Notes: a model not told the origin generated them from the letters alone. Positions 9,998 through 19,454 are shown, numbered from the stretch's first letter. The stretch is DNA of 64,000 nucleotides from Actinomycetota bacterium (GCA_947371865.1 CANBRH010000002.1:2594-66593); one strand, 5' to 3'. Made by a program: numbers and translations.

Positions 9998-10614
9998 GTG
10001 GTCGGCAGCAAATGCTTCGCTGGCTCGGTGTAGTAGAAATCGCTGACCATGCCGTCATCATCCAATACAAAACTGGTAACCGAGGCCAAAGTACATTGGC
10101 GCTTACGGGGATCGTGCAACATGCTGCGACCTTCGATTTGCGAGCGCAAAATCCAAATCGGCAATTGATGCGAGACGCACAAAGCATCTTTTCCGCCCGC
10201 TGCATCGCGCGCGGCAAAGAGGGCGCCCAACATGCGGTTGATTTGCTGGTCATAGGGCTCGCCCCAGGACGGCTTCCATGGGTTGTACAGGTGCTTCCAC
10301 GAGCGGGGATGGCGCAGAACGCCGCTGCCAAATTCGAACTTTTGCCCTTCAAAGATATTGGTGGCTTCGATTAATCGATCCTCGGTGATGATAGGCAGAC
10401 CGTGGGCGGCAGCCACGGGGGCGGCGGTCTCCTGGGCACGCTGAAGTGGCGAGGCCAAAATGGCCCCCAAATCCAAAGATGTTGACCAATCAGCCACCAC
10501 GTTGGCCATCTCTTGGCCGCGAGTAGATAAGCGCCAGCCCGGTTGGCGGCCATAAAGGATTTTCTCTGGATTTTCGACCTCGCCATGGCGGAGAAAGTGG
10601 ATGGTCGGGCTCAT
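9994..10614 (-). CDS. histidine phosphatase family protein
   Basis: RHG motif at the N-terminus (MSPTIHFLRHGEVENP). The track ORF (to 10893) overlaps the divergent HAD gene, so I set the start to ATG 10614. Confidence 0.85.
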   Translation of the reverse strand: MSPTIHFLRHGEVENPEKILYGRQPGWRLSTRGQEMANVVADWSTSLDLGAILASPLQRAQETAAPVAAAHGLPIITEDRLIEATNIFEGQKFEFGSGVLRHPRSWKHLYNPWKPSWGEPYDQQINRMLGALFAARDAAGGKDALCVSHQLPIWILRSQIEGRSMLHDPRKRQCTLASVTSFVLDDDGMVSDFYYTEPAKHLLPTT

Positions 10615-10621
10615 AGCCGTA

Positions 10622-10627
10622 ACTATA
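10622..10627 (-). promoter_or_regulatory. -10-like box TATAGT before the histidine phosphatase gene (leaderless type)
   Basis: TATAGT on the minus strand, 7 nt before ATG 10614. Confidence 0.4.
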
Positions 10628-10653
10628 AAGGAGCCCTCAGGCCACCGCTTCGC

Positions 10654-10659
10654 TAGGGT
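10654..10659 (+). promoter_or_regulatory. -10-like box TAGGGT before the HAD gene (leaderless type)
   Basis: TAnnnT hexamer 6 nt before ATG 10666, with no SD. Confidence 0.4.
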
Positions 10660-10665
10660 TGGGAT

Positions 10666-11436
10666 ATGGCACTCACCCCCAAGCGAGCTGCCTTCTTTGA
10701 TGTCGATAACACGATCCTGCGTGGATCGAGCCTGTTCTTCCTGGGCCGAGGCATGTACCAAAGAGGGTTCTTCACTAAACGCGAGATTTCCGCCTTTGTA
10801 CTGGCCAATCTTCGTTATCGCTTGACCGGTAAGGAGAATAAAGAGGAAATTGCCAAGATTCAGAACGCTGCCTGTGAGTTTATTTGCGGCCATGATGTGA
10901 AAGAGATCGAAACCATTGGGTTAGAGATTTATGACGAATTCGTCTCCCCCGCCTTGTGGCATGGCACCATTGAAATTGCGCAAGACCACTTGGATAAGGG
11001 CGAAGAGGTCTGGCTAGTTACGGCCACACCTGTCGACATGGCTAACCTCATCGCCAAACGGCTGGGTTTCACCGGCGCCCTTGGCACCAAAGCTGAAGTA
11101 ATCGATGGCAAATACTCTGGCAAGATGATTGGGGCGCTACTTCACGGCAAAGAGAAGGCTGTTGCCATTCGAGCGCTAGCGGAATCAAACGGGATTGATC
11201 TCGCGAGCTCCTACGCGTATTCCGATAGCCACCATGACATTCCGCTACTGACGGCAGTCGGCCACCCTCGCGCCATCAACCCCGACGCGCTCTTGCAGAT
11301 CCGAGCCATTCGAGACAACTGGCCCATTCACGAATTTAGACGAGCCCGCGCACTCTCAAGAATTTTGGGCCCAACTATCGGAGTTCTAGGAGCAATCGGA
11401 ACACTTTTCTCTCCACGTGGGCGAGGAAAACGCTAA
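10666..11436 (+). CDS. HAD-IB family hydrolase (SerB-like phosphatase)
   Basis: HAD motif I FFDVDNTIL, plus WLVTATP, GKEK and YSDSHHDIPLL. Confidence 0.85.
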   Translation: MALTPKRAAFFDVDNTILRGSSLFFLGRGMYQRGFFTKREISAFVLANLRYRLTGKENKEEIAKIQNAACEFICGHDVKEIETIGLEIYDEFVSPALWHGTIEIAQDHLDKGEEVWLVTATPVDMANLIAKRLGFTGALGTKAEVIDGKYSGKMIGALLHGKEKAVAIRALAESNGIDLASSYAYSDSHHDIPLLTAVGHPRAINPDALLQIRAIRDNWPIHEFRRARALSRILGPTIGVLGAIGTLFSPRGRGKR

Positions 11437-11484
11437 GGATTACTTAGTTTTAGAGCGAAAGAGGCGCTCATCACCGTACCTCTG

Positions 11485-11490
11485 TAATGT
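11485..11490 (+). promoter_or_regulatory. -10-like box TAATGT before the XPB-partner gene
   Basis: TAnnnT hexamer 9 nt before ATG 11500. Confidence 0.33.
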
Positions 11491-11499
11491 AGACCAGTT

Positions 11500-13656
11500 A
11501 TGTCTGCCATCTCCTTTGCCGAAGAGCTCCGCGCTCGCGATGATGCGGCTATTGCTGACCTATTTTTAGCGCGTCCTGATTTACTCAGCCCAGTTCCCAC
11601 TGATGTGGCAGCGCTAGGAGCCCGAGCAAATTCCATCCCGAGTTTGATGCGCGCCCTTGAAGGGTTAAATCGCTGGCAGCACGATGTCCTTATCGCTGCG
11701 TCATCTCTGCCTGAACCTTTCGCTGTAAAAGATCTCGTTGCCATTACCGATGAATCAGCCACCTTCGCTATAAATGATTTATGGTCGCGCGCCCTGCTAT
11801 ATAAAGATGGCGAAAAGAAATATCGGCTGCCCGGAAATTTACGAACTATGTTGGGCGATGAACCTGCCGGATTAGGACCTCACACCATCAGAGTCATCAA
11901 TCTCGATGATTTGAAGAAGGCACCAAAAGCTTCTCTTGATGTTTTATCCCGATTGGTTTGGGGTCCACCGCGCGGACAGATCGGTGCAACTAAAAAACCA
12001 GGCGCTGCCATTGGTTGGCTCTTAGAAAATAATTTCCTCCAAGCCGTGGATTCCCACACCGTCGTTCTGCCTCGTGAAGTCGGAATGCATCTGCGTGGCG
12101 GAAAGATATTTTCTCAGATTTCAAATACAGCACCACAAATTACGGGTGCTAAGCGCAAGCAAAAAGAAGTTGATCGCGCTGCCATTGCCAATATTTCAAC
12201 AATGCTTCGTTGGGTCGAAGAACTTGCCCATAATTGGTCAGATGAGCCACCAGTTGCACTGCGCTCTGGCGGCCTGGGAGTTCGTGACCTAAAACGATCG
12301 GCCGAACATCTAGGAGTCGACGAAACATGTGCTGGCTTCGTGGCTGAAATACTTTATCTAGCAGGTCTAGTTGTTATTGATAGTGATGACCAAATTTTGC
12401 CTACTAATGCTTTTGATCTCTGGTTAACCAAGAGCCATGAGGATCGGTGGGCAGGCCTGGTCGCTCTCTGGCTTGAAACTTCGCGCGTCAGCGGATTAAT
12501 TGGTAAGTCTGAAAGTAAAAATATTGCACCACTCGGACCCGAACTTGATCGCACTGGAATTTCAAGTACCCGCAAGACCATTCTCAATATCCTTAACTCA
12601 AATCATGAGATGGATGCAGACCTGGCATCCATTACCAATCTCTCGCAATGGCTCAGCCCACAACGACACAACGCTGAATTTATCGAATGGTCGCTGCGAG
12701 AAGCGGAATGGCTAGGGTTAACTGGGCAAGGTGCGATTTCTTCCTTCGCGATTGCAATACTTGAAGGCAATGAAAAGCTCGGTGTCGAAGATGCTCTTCC
12801 TAAACCCATTGATCACATTTTGATTCAGGCCGATAACAGTGCAATCGCTCCTGGTCCACTGACCTTGGAACTTGCCAACATGATTGGCACTATCGCCGAC
12901 ATCGAAAGCCGCGGCGGCGCAACTGTTTACCGATTCAGTGAAGGTTCGATCCGACGTGGTCTTGATCATGGCCAGACTGGCGATCAGATCAAAGATTTCC
13001 TTAAGAAAACTTCGAAAACTGCAATGCCTCAGCCATTGGAGTACCTCATCAATGATGTGGCTAAGCGGCATGGTCGGCTGCGAGTGGGACAAGCAAATTG
13101 TTATCTGAGATGCGAAGATGAAGGCGTTATCCAACAGATCTTGCACGACAAGCGATGTGAGCCATTACGTCTTCGCAAATTGGCACCACAAGTGATCATC
13201 TCCGAACTTGAACTCAATGACGTTTTAATCGGGTTGCGTGAAGCCGGGTACTTACCTGCCATTGAAAACGCGACTGGAATTTTGGTCATGCAACCTGCCA
13301 CCCGCCGTGCCAAGTCGCGTCCACGTCCGCCCCGAGTCATCAGTGAAATTGGCCGTCCCAGTGAAATCATTATTCAATCGGCAGTACGAGCACTTCGCGC
13401 AGGGGAAAAAGCCAGCGCCCACAAACCACGTGACATACCGCGGACGACCGCCAATGAAACTCTCGACTTACTCAACCAATACATCGAGGAACAAGCCAGC
13501 CTGACAATTGGGTACGCCGATACCAACGGTGGGGTTTCCAATCGCCTCATCGATCCCATTTCAATTTCGCTGGGCACCTTGCTGGCACGCGATCACGCCA
13601 CCGGCGAGCTCCAGCATTTCCGCATTCCGCGCATCACCGGCGTAAGCCCAGCGTGA
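11500..13656 (+). CDS. XPB-associated protein with an XPB N-terminal-domain-like module and a WYL-like C-terminus
   Basis: 718 aa. Residues ~438-592 align by eye to XPB residues ~5-165 encoded at 14768 (YRFSEGSIRRGLDHGQTGDQIKDFL..GRLRV versus YRLTPLGLWNARAAGHDAEQVIDTL..GRLRL). The C-terminal LTIGYADTNGGVSNRLIDPISI..GELQHFRIPRITGV follows the WYL pattern. Confidence 0.7.
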   Translation: MSAISFAEELRARDDAAIADLFLARPDLLSPVPTDVAALGARANSIPSLMRALEGLNRWQHDVLIAASSLPEPFAVKDLVAITDESATFAINDLWSRALLYKDGEKKYRLPGNLRTMLGDEPAGLGPHTIRVINLDDLKKAPKASLDVLSRLVWGPPRGQIGATKKPGAAIGWLLENNFLQAVDSHTVVLPREVGMHLRGGKIFSQISNTAPQITGAKRKQKEVDRAAIANISTMLRWVEELAHNWSDEPPVALRSGGLGVRDLKRSAEHLGVDETCAGFVAEILYLAGLVVIDSDDQILPTNAFDLWLTKSHEDRWAGLVALWLETSRVSGLIGKSESKNIAPLGPELDRTGISSTRKTILNILNSNHEMDADLASITNLSQWLSPQRHNAEFIEWSLREAEWLGLTGQGAISSFAIAILEGNEKLGVEDALPKPIDHILIQADNSAIAPGPLTLELANMIGTIADIESRGGATVYRFSEGSIRRGLDHGQTGDQIKDFLKKTSKTAMPQPLEYLINDVAKRHGRLRVGQANCYLRCEDEGVIQQILHDKRCEPLRLRKLAPQVIISELELNDVLIGLREAGYLPAIENATGILVMQPATRRAKSRPRPPRVISEIGRPSEIIIQSAVRALRAGEKASAHKPRDIPRTTANETLDLLNQYIEEQASLTIGYADTNGGVSNRLIDPISISLGTLLARDHATGELQHFRIPRITGVSPA

Positions 13657-13698
13657 AGTGACCCTCATGAAGACCGAGAAGTAAGGCAGAATTACCCC

Positions 13699-14775
13699 GT
13701 GACCTTCTTAGTAGATCTGAAATCTCTGGTCGAGTGCGAGTCTCCCAGTGAAGATCTAGCCGCCTGCACCTCAGTCATCGAACTTGCGGCAAATATCGCC
13801 GAACTCCGGTTAGGTAAACCCGGGAAAATATTTCAAGAAAATGGCCGACCAGTATTTTGGTGGGGATCTGAAAATCCAGAGGTAGTTCTACTTGCTCACC
13901 TCGATACCGTCTGGCCGATTGGTTCCTTCCAACCAACGTGGAAGATCACCGGCGATGAGTTATCTGGTCCCGGAACTTTCGATATGAAAGTTGGTTTTCT
14001 ACAGGCGCTGTATTCCATCGTTGGCATCCCCGAGGTTGATCGCAAGGTTGCCCTTATCGCCACCACCGATGAAGAACTTGGAAGCCAAACTTCAAAGGAA
14101 TTAATCCAAAAAGTCGCTGCCGGTGCCAAAGCTGTTTTGGTACTTGAAGCAGCCGTCGATGGAAAAGTAAAAACTGGACGCAAAGGAACTGCCATGTACC
14201 GAATCACGGTCACCGGCAGAGCAGCTCATGCTGGACTCGAACCCGAAAAGGGCATTAATGCCACCGCTGAAATCGCGGCCATTGTTCTGCAAGTCCTCCA
14301 ACTCGCAAATCCTGAAACTGGAACAACCGTTGTTCCAACAACCATGGCATCTGGCACCACAACCAACACCGTTCCGGCTGCAGCGACATTAGATATCGAT
14401 ATTCGTTCATTTTCCCGCGATGAACTTCTTCGCGTGGACCAAGCCATTCATGTACTTCGCGCCCAGCATCCCGAGGCAACTATCGCCATTTCCGGTGGAA
14501 TCAATCGCCCTCCCCTTGAACTCTCCGCCACTTTAGATCTTTACAACCGACTCGAACTTGTGGCTGCTGCCATCGGCATGGATCCGATTGGTCACGCTTC
14601 AGTTGGTGGTGCCAGCGACGGCAACTTTGCAGCCGCAGCCGGTGCAAAAGTTCTGGATGGTCTTGGTGCAGTTGGAGCTGGCGCACACGCGCCACACGAG
14701 CACGTAATTTTGTCGTCGATTCCGCATCGAATCACTCTCCTCAACTCATTTATTAAGGAACTCATTCGTGACTGA
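13699..14775 (+). CDS. M20 family metallopeptidase (carboxypeptidase G2-like)
   Basis: Metal and catalytic motifs LLAHLDTV, GTFDMKVG, TTDEELGS and GAHAPHEH. Its stop overlaps the xpb GTG by 8 nt. Confidence 0.85.
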   Translation: MTFLVDLKSLVECESPSEDLAACTSVIELAANIAELRLGKPGKIFQENGRPVFWWGSENPEVVLLAHLDTVWPIGSFQPTWKITGDELSGPGTFDMKVGFLQALYSIVGIPEVDRKVALIATTDEELGSQTSKELIQKVAAGAKAVLVLEAAVDGKVKTGRKGTAMYRITVTGRAAHAGLEPEKGINATAEIAAIVLQVLQLANPETGTTVVPTTMASGTTTNTVPAAATLDIDIRSFSRDELLRVDQAIHVLRAQHPEATIAISGGINRPPLELSATLDLYNRLELVAAAIGMDPIGHASVGGASDGNFAAAAGAKVLDGLGAVGAGAHAPHEHVILSSIPHRITLLNSFIKELIRD

Positions 14776-16414
14776 TGGCCCGTTGATTGTCCAGAGCGAT
14801 AAAACTTTACTTCTCGATATTGATCATCCACTTTCGGATGAATGCCGCCGAGCCATTGCATCCTTCGCCGAACTAGAAAAATCTCCCGAACACATTCACA
14901 CCTACCGACTCACTCCACTTGGTTTGTGGAATGCGCGTGCCGCTGGCCATGATGCCGAACAAGTTATTGACACATTGTTGAAATATTCTAGATACGCAGT
15001 CCCTCATGCACTTCTCGTTGATGTTGCTGACACCATGTCGCGCTATGGCCGCTTGCGCCTAGAGGCACACCCAGTTCATGGGTTAACCCTTGTTTCCAAC
15101 GATCCAGCTGTTCTTCGCGAAGTAACGCGTGGAAAGAAAGTTGCTCCGATGTTGGGCCTTCAACTGGATGAAGAAACCATCGTCGTTCACCCAGGTCAAC
15201 GCGGATTTTTAAAGCAAGCGTTACTCAAGCTGGGCTGGCCGGCAGAGGATTTCGCTGGTTACGTGGATGGCGAACACCACGAGATCGCTCTTAAACAAGA
15301 GGGCTGGTCGATTCGTAAGTACCAAGAACTCGCTGCCGAAGGTTTCTGGCACGGCGGTTCGGGAGTAGTCGTCCTTCCCTGCGGTGCTGGCAAAACCATC
15401 GTTGGGGCAGCCGCAATGGCCCACGCCAAAGCAACCACGCTGATCTTGGTTACTAATACCGTCGCCGCCCGCCAGTGGCGCGATGAATTACTGCGCCGAA
15501 CTACTCTGCACGAAGATGAGATTGGTGAATATTCCGGAGCCAAGAAAGAAATCCGGCCGGTCACTATTGCCACCTATCAAGTGATGACCACCCGCAAACA
15601 AGGTGTTTATTCGCACCTTGATCTCTTTGATGCCATCGACTGGGGGCTCATTATTTACGACGAGGTGCATCTATTACCTGCGCCAATTTTTCGCTTCACT
15701 GCAGATATTCAATCTCGCCGTCGACTTGGACTAACGGCAACTTTGGTTCGAGAAGATGGAATGGAAGGCGAAGTTTTCTCCCTTATTGGTCCTAAGCGTT
15801 TTGATGTGCCGTGGAAAGAGATTGAAGCACAGGGTTATATCGCCCCTGCCGATTGCGTCGAAGTTCGGATCACACTTACCGATGCCGAACGACTTAACTA
15901 TGCAACTGCCGAACCTGAAGAACGTTATCGCTTCTGTGCTACGACTGCGACCAAGCGAAAAGTCGCATTGGCTTTGGCCGAACAACATAAAGATGATCAG
16001 GTATTAATTATTGGACAGTACCTTGATCAGTTAGATGCAATCGGTGAAGAGCTCGGCGTCCCGGTGATCAAGGGAGATACTCCGGTAAAGGAGCGCGAAC
16101 GTCTTTTCAATCTTTATCGTGAAGGTGAAATTAAGTGCCTCGTCGTTTCCAAAGTTGCCAACTTCTCTATTGACTTACCCGAAGCCACTATTGCTATCCA
16201 AGTATCCGGAACTTTTGGATCGCGTCAAGAAGAGGCGCAACGCTTGGGTCGAATCCTGAGACCTAAGGCCGATGGTCGAGGTGCACGTTTTTATTCCTTA
16301 GTTGCGCGTGACACTATTGATCAAGATTTTGCACAAAACCGTCAACGATTCTTGGCCGAACAAGGTTATGCCTACCGAATCATCGACGCAGACGATGTAT
16401 TTAATCAGAGCTGA
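14768..16414 (+). CDS. xpb: XPB/ERCC3-type DNA repair helicase (SF2, 3'-5')
   Basis: N-terminal PLIVQSDKTLLLDIDH, Walker A LPCGAGKT, DEVH box, and the XPB-specific RED motif (TLVREDG). Confidence 0.9.
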   Translation: MTDGPLIVQSDKTLLLDIDHPLSDECRRAIASFAELEKSPEHIHTYRLTPLGLWNARAAGHDAEQVIDTLLKYSRYAVPHALLVDVADTMSRYGRLRLEAHPVHGLTLVSNDPAVLREVTRGKKVAPMLGLQLDEETIVVHPGQRGFLKQALLKLGWPAEDFAGYVDGEHHEIALKQEGWSIRKYQELAAEGFWHGGSGVVVLPCGAGKTIVGAAAMAHAKATTLILVTNTVAARQWRDELLRRTTLHEDEIGEYSGAKKEIRPVTIATYQVMTTRKQGVYSHLDLFDAIDWGLIIYDEVHLLPAPIFRFTADIQSRRRLGLTATLVREDGMEGEVFSLIGPKRFDVPWKEIEAQGYIAPADCVEVRITLTDAERLNYATAEPEERYRFCATTATKRKVALALAEQHKDDQVLIIGQYLDQLDAIGEELGVPVIKGDTPVKERERLFNLYREGEIKCLVVSKVANFSIDLPEATIAIQVSGTFGSRQEEAQRLGRILRPKADGRGARFYSLVARDTIDQDFAQNRQRFLAEQGYAYRIIDADDVFNQS

Positions 16415-16644
16415 TCTAGCGCCGCTTTAAATCGCACTGGGTCGATACGCCAATAATCATGTGGCTGGCCATTGATCAATGTGACCGGGATCTGCTCGCC
16501 GTACTTTCTTTCAAGTTCTGCGTCACCATCAATTAAGAGAACTTCTAGATTAAATTGCTTTTCTTTCCGGATCTCTTCCAGTTGATCGACAACCACGTGA
16601 CAGAGGTGGCAACCAGTTCGCGAATAGACAGTCACCTCGATCAT
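16405..16644 (-). CDS. glutaredoxin-like protein (DUF836-type)
   Basis: 79 aa with a thioredoxin fold and a CHLC active site near the N-terminus (VYSRTGCHLCHV). Confidence 0.8.
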   Translation of the reverse strand: MIEVTVYSRTGCHLCHVVVDQLEEIRKEKQFNLEVLLIDGDAELERKYGEQIPVTLINGQPHDYWRIDPVRFKAALDQL

Positions 16645-16964
16645 TTTTTGAAAATCCGCTCTGAAAATTCATTGAGGACCAAATTGAAATCCCCTTTTGC
16701 TCTCCGCAGATGCTCCTCAAATTCCTTCAAGGATGCAGTGACTGTGGTTTCGGTGATCGTTCCTACTAAAGGTCCAAAGCGATCGGCAAAGAGAGAGTGC
16801 GCTAGCCGCGAAATCGACTGGGCTAGCTCCTCTCGGGCTTCATCCAAGGTGGGTTCGGCCTTCTTTTCGCTCAAGAGACCAAACGATGGGCGTTCGCGCT
16901 TTGCCCGCAGGTAATTTTCCTGTGCTCTTGCTGAAAGTTTGGCTTTGGTTGGAGAAGAAGGCAT
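16641..16964 (-). CDS. hypothetical protein (basic N-terminus, helical)
   Basis: 107-aa ORF with SD GAGAGGA upstream. An ATGA overlap joins it to the glutaredoxin-like gene. I recognise no motif. Confidence 0.5.
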   Translation of the reverse strand: MPSSPTKAKLSARAQENYLRAKRERPSFGLLSEKKAEPTLDEAREELAQSISRLAHSLFADRFGPLVGTITETTVTASLKEFEEHLRRAKGDFNLVLNEFSERIFKK

Positions 16965-16985
16965 ACACGTATCCTCTCAGACTGC

Positions 16986-16991
16986 TAGCGT
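16986..16991 (+). promoter_or_regulatory. -10-like box TAGCGT before the secreted metalloprotease gene
   Basis: TAnnnT hexamer 8 nt before GTG 17000. This supports the revised start. Confidence 0.3.
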
Positions 16992-16999
16992 CGTCCGCT

Positions 17000-19363
17000 G
17001 TGCGAGCCAAATATTTCCTAGTTACGGCCGCACTTGCCTTGGGACTTTTAAACTCCCCCACCCAATCACAAGCAGCCACCGTCAGATCCGTAACTGCTGG
17101 CTGGGTCAACGAGTATGCGGTCGCTGGATCTGGTGCGCGAATCGCTACTTCACCCAGAACTCCCACTGCTGGTGCGATCGATGCCCTCAGTACATTCAAC
17201 GTGGACTTCACCAACGTCCCGGATGAAGTCAAGCCGGCAATTCAAGCAGCTATCGATATTTGGGCATCTGATTTTCAATCTTCCGTACCAATCTCGGTAT
17301 CCGCCAGCTGGGTCAGACAAACCAGCGCTGGAATTTTGGCTTCTGCAACTCCCGGAAAATTTTTTAACGGTTTTACAGGTGCTCCCGATAAAGATCTTTG
17401 GTACCCGTCAGCAATGGCCAACGCGCTTGCGGGGAAGGATTTAGATCCGCGCACGCCTGAGATTTCCATCAAAGTGAATTCCATAATGTTGAATTCGCTC
17501 TATCTAGGTACTGATGGAAATTGCCCACCAAATATGTATGACCTCGAATCCATAATCTTGCACGAGATGGGCCACGGTTTAGGATTCCTCTCTAACAACG
17601 ATTACGACCCATTTTTTGGTTACGGCACCATCGATCAACCCACGCCGTATGACGCGTATACCCAACTTCCCGATGGCCGTCGCCTTATGGATGTTCCATC
17701 ACCATCAGTTGAACTTGGCAAAGCAATGACTAATACCTTGGTCTGGTCTGGCCTCAATGGAATTGCCGCCAACAACGGAATTAAGCCAGCGCTCTACACC
17801 CCACGCACGTATGAACCAGGCTCTTCCGTCAGCCATTTAGATGAAGCAACATTTTCTCAAACTGGCGCCAATGCAGTTATGACACCAAATCTGGCTGCGG
17901 GTGAGGTTTTCCATGACCCAGGTCCACTGCTTCTCGCCATGCTTGCTGATATGCGAGTTAAGCCGCCGGCTGGAGTTCCTGTTGGAATTCCAACTGTTGC
18001 ACGAAATGTCAAAGCACTTGTCGGAGATAAATCTGCAATTGTCACCTTCGATCCACCAACCAATGCTCGAACTGCACAAGTAAATTCGTACTCAATACGA
18101 GTTAATGTCAATGGCGCTGAAACTATTGTTACCTCAAGCCCGGCTCTGATAACCCACCTCAGTAATGGCGTGGCATATACCTTTTCCGTAGTCGCAAAGA
18201 ATGATCTGGGAATTTCTGATGCGGTGACCACTAATGCCGTTATTCCACAAACTTCATGGGTAAAGAGCTACGTTGATGTCGCAGCAGATGCAAAATATTT
18301 AGTAACCGGAACCTTCCAAGCAAAGCCGATTGTGGTCTATAGCGATGGTGCACGTGGTGATATTAAGATGGCAACGTGGAATGGCAAGGCTTGGGTGCGA
18401 ACGATCATCGACGGAAATTCTATTTCTGGCGGACGCACAACCGACGATGTCTCTGGAAATATTTCGCTCTGCACCAACAAGGTTGGCAAACTTGAAACTT
18501 TAAATCTCTTTTATGGAGATCTCACGACGAAAGATTTGCGAAACGCATCCTTTGATGGCACCAAGTGGCGTTTTAATATTGTCGATGGTAACGGCGCGAA
18601 AATTCAGCCTTACCAAGAAGCTGATCGAGTTCGTACCGCAAGTGATGTCAGCGTTAGCAGCGCCTGCGTTTTCACTCCGGCTGGTTTACAAGTTTTCTAT
18701 CGTGATGAAAGTCAAGGAATCTTGCTGGGAGCAGTCCGCGATGGCACAAAGTGGCGCTATGAAGTTATCGATGGTGATCGAGCCACCGATGGCCGCACGA
18801 CCGGAGATGTTGGTTTCCATATTAAAGCCCAAGCTATTGGTACGAAGGTTTATTTGGTTTATGACTCGGTGCTCGCCATCAACCAAGATCATGTGGCTAC
18901 AAAAGGTGAAGTTCGAGAAGCCACTCGTTCGAGCGCATACCCCGAAGATTGGCAGTACTCGACACTTGATGCTTCCACTGGATTAACTACCGTCGCTGGA
19001 TTTGATGTGGCACTCGCCCAAAACGGTAAAGCGATGTTGGCTACCTGGTTATCAGCTTCTGCTCTCTCATTGCCAAACGCAGATCAAATTCGTTGGCGCG
19101 ATATTGCTTCAGGAACTGACAATGCAACGAACACCACTGAATTATTCGGTTCTCCAGGTGGACCACTCTCGGTAGATTCTCAAAAGATCCTCTTCGGCTG
19201 CGCTGGAAGGTTGTGTGCCATAAACAAAACGGACCGAACCATTAAATTAGTTTCCAATGGAAACTTTAAGGATTCGATCCGCTCTGCTTGGTTAACTGTT
19301 GCGGGCGCCAGATATGCCGTAGTTGGTACCGGCGGAAAGCTGGCGCTCTTTAAAATTATTTAG
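17000..19363 (+). CDS. secreted zinc metalloprotease-like protein with FN3 domain and C-terminal beta-propeller-like repeats
   Basis: I moved the start to GTG 17000, which gives the signal peptide [24 protein letters not shown] and removes the overlap with the 16964 gene. It has the HExxH motif [10 protein letters not shown], an FN3-like segment ([25 protein letters not shown]), and repeated ..G.KW....VDG.. blades. Confidence 0.65.
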   Translation: MRAKYFLVTAALALGLLNSPTQSQAATVRSVTAGWVNEYAVAGSGARIATSPRTPTAGAIDALSTFNVDFTNVPDEVKPAIQAAIDIWASDFQSSVPISVSASWVRQTSAGILASATPGKFFNGFTGAPDKDLWYPSAMANALAGKDLDPRTPEISIKVNSIMLNSLYLGTDGNCPPNMYDLESIILHEMGHGLGFLSNNDYDPFFGYGTIDQPTPYDAYTQLPDGRRLMDVPSPSVELGKAMTNTLVWSGLNGIAANNGIKPALYTPRTYEPGSSVSHLDEATFSQTGANAVMTPNLAAGEVFHDPGPLLLAMLADMRVKPPAGVPVGIPTVARNVKALVGDKSAIVTFDPPTNARTAQVNSYSIRVNVNGAETIVTSSPALITHLSNGVAYTFSVVAKNDLGISDAVTTNAVIPQTSWVKSYVDVAADAKYLVTGTFQAKPIVVYSDGARGDIKMATWNGKAWVRTIIDGNSISGGRTTDDVSGNISLCTNKVGKLETLNLFYGDLTTKDLRNASFDGTKWRFNIVDGNGAKIQPYQEADRVRTASDVSVSSACVFTPAGLQVFYRDESQGILLGAVRDGTKWRYEVIDGDRATDGRTTGDVGFHIKAQAIGTKVYLVYDSVLAINQDHVATKGEVREATRSSAYPEDWQYSTLDASTGLTTVAGFDVALAQNGKAMLATWLSASALSLPNADQIRWRDIASGTDNATNTTELFGSPGGPLSVDSQKILFGCAGRLCAINKTDRTIKLVSNGNFKDSIRSAWLTVAGARYAVVGTGGKLALFKII

Positions 19364-19454
19364 CGTTACGACGCTGAATTCGGGTGCGCTTCAGTAGCTT
19401 CTTATGCTTCTTCTTAGCCATACGCTTGCGACGTTTCTTGATTACTGAACCCAT
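19356..19454 (-). CDS. 30S ribosomal protein bS22
   Basis: Not in the ORF track (32 aa). It reads ATG 19454 to TAA 19356 and translates to [40 protein letters not shown] lies 5 nt upstream. The sequence and its position near proC match actinobacterial bS22. Confidence 0.8.
   Translation of the reverse strand: MGSVIKKRRKRMAKKKHKKLLKRTRIQRRNAK

Noticed and set aside
11453-11469. Hairpin GAGCG-AAAGAGG-CGCTC after the HAD gene, as a possible terminator.
   Set aside because: It has only a 5-bp stem and a 7-nt loop, with no downstream U-tract (it is followed by ATCACCG). It also sits just upstream of the TAATGT box of the next gene. It is not convincing as an intrinsic terminator.
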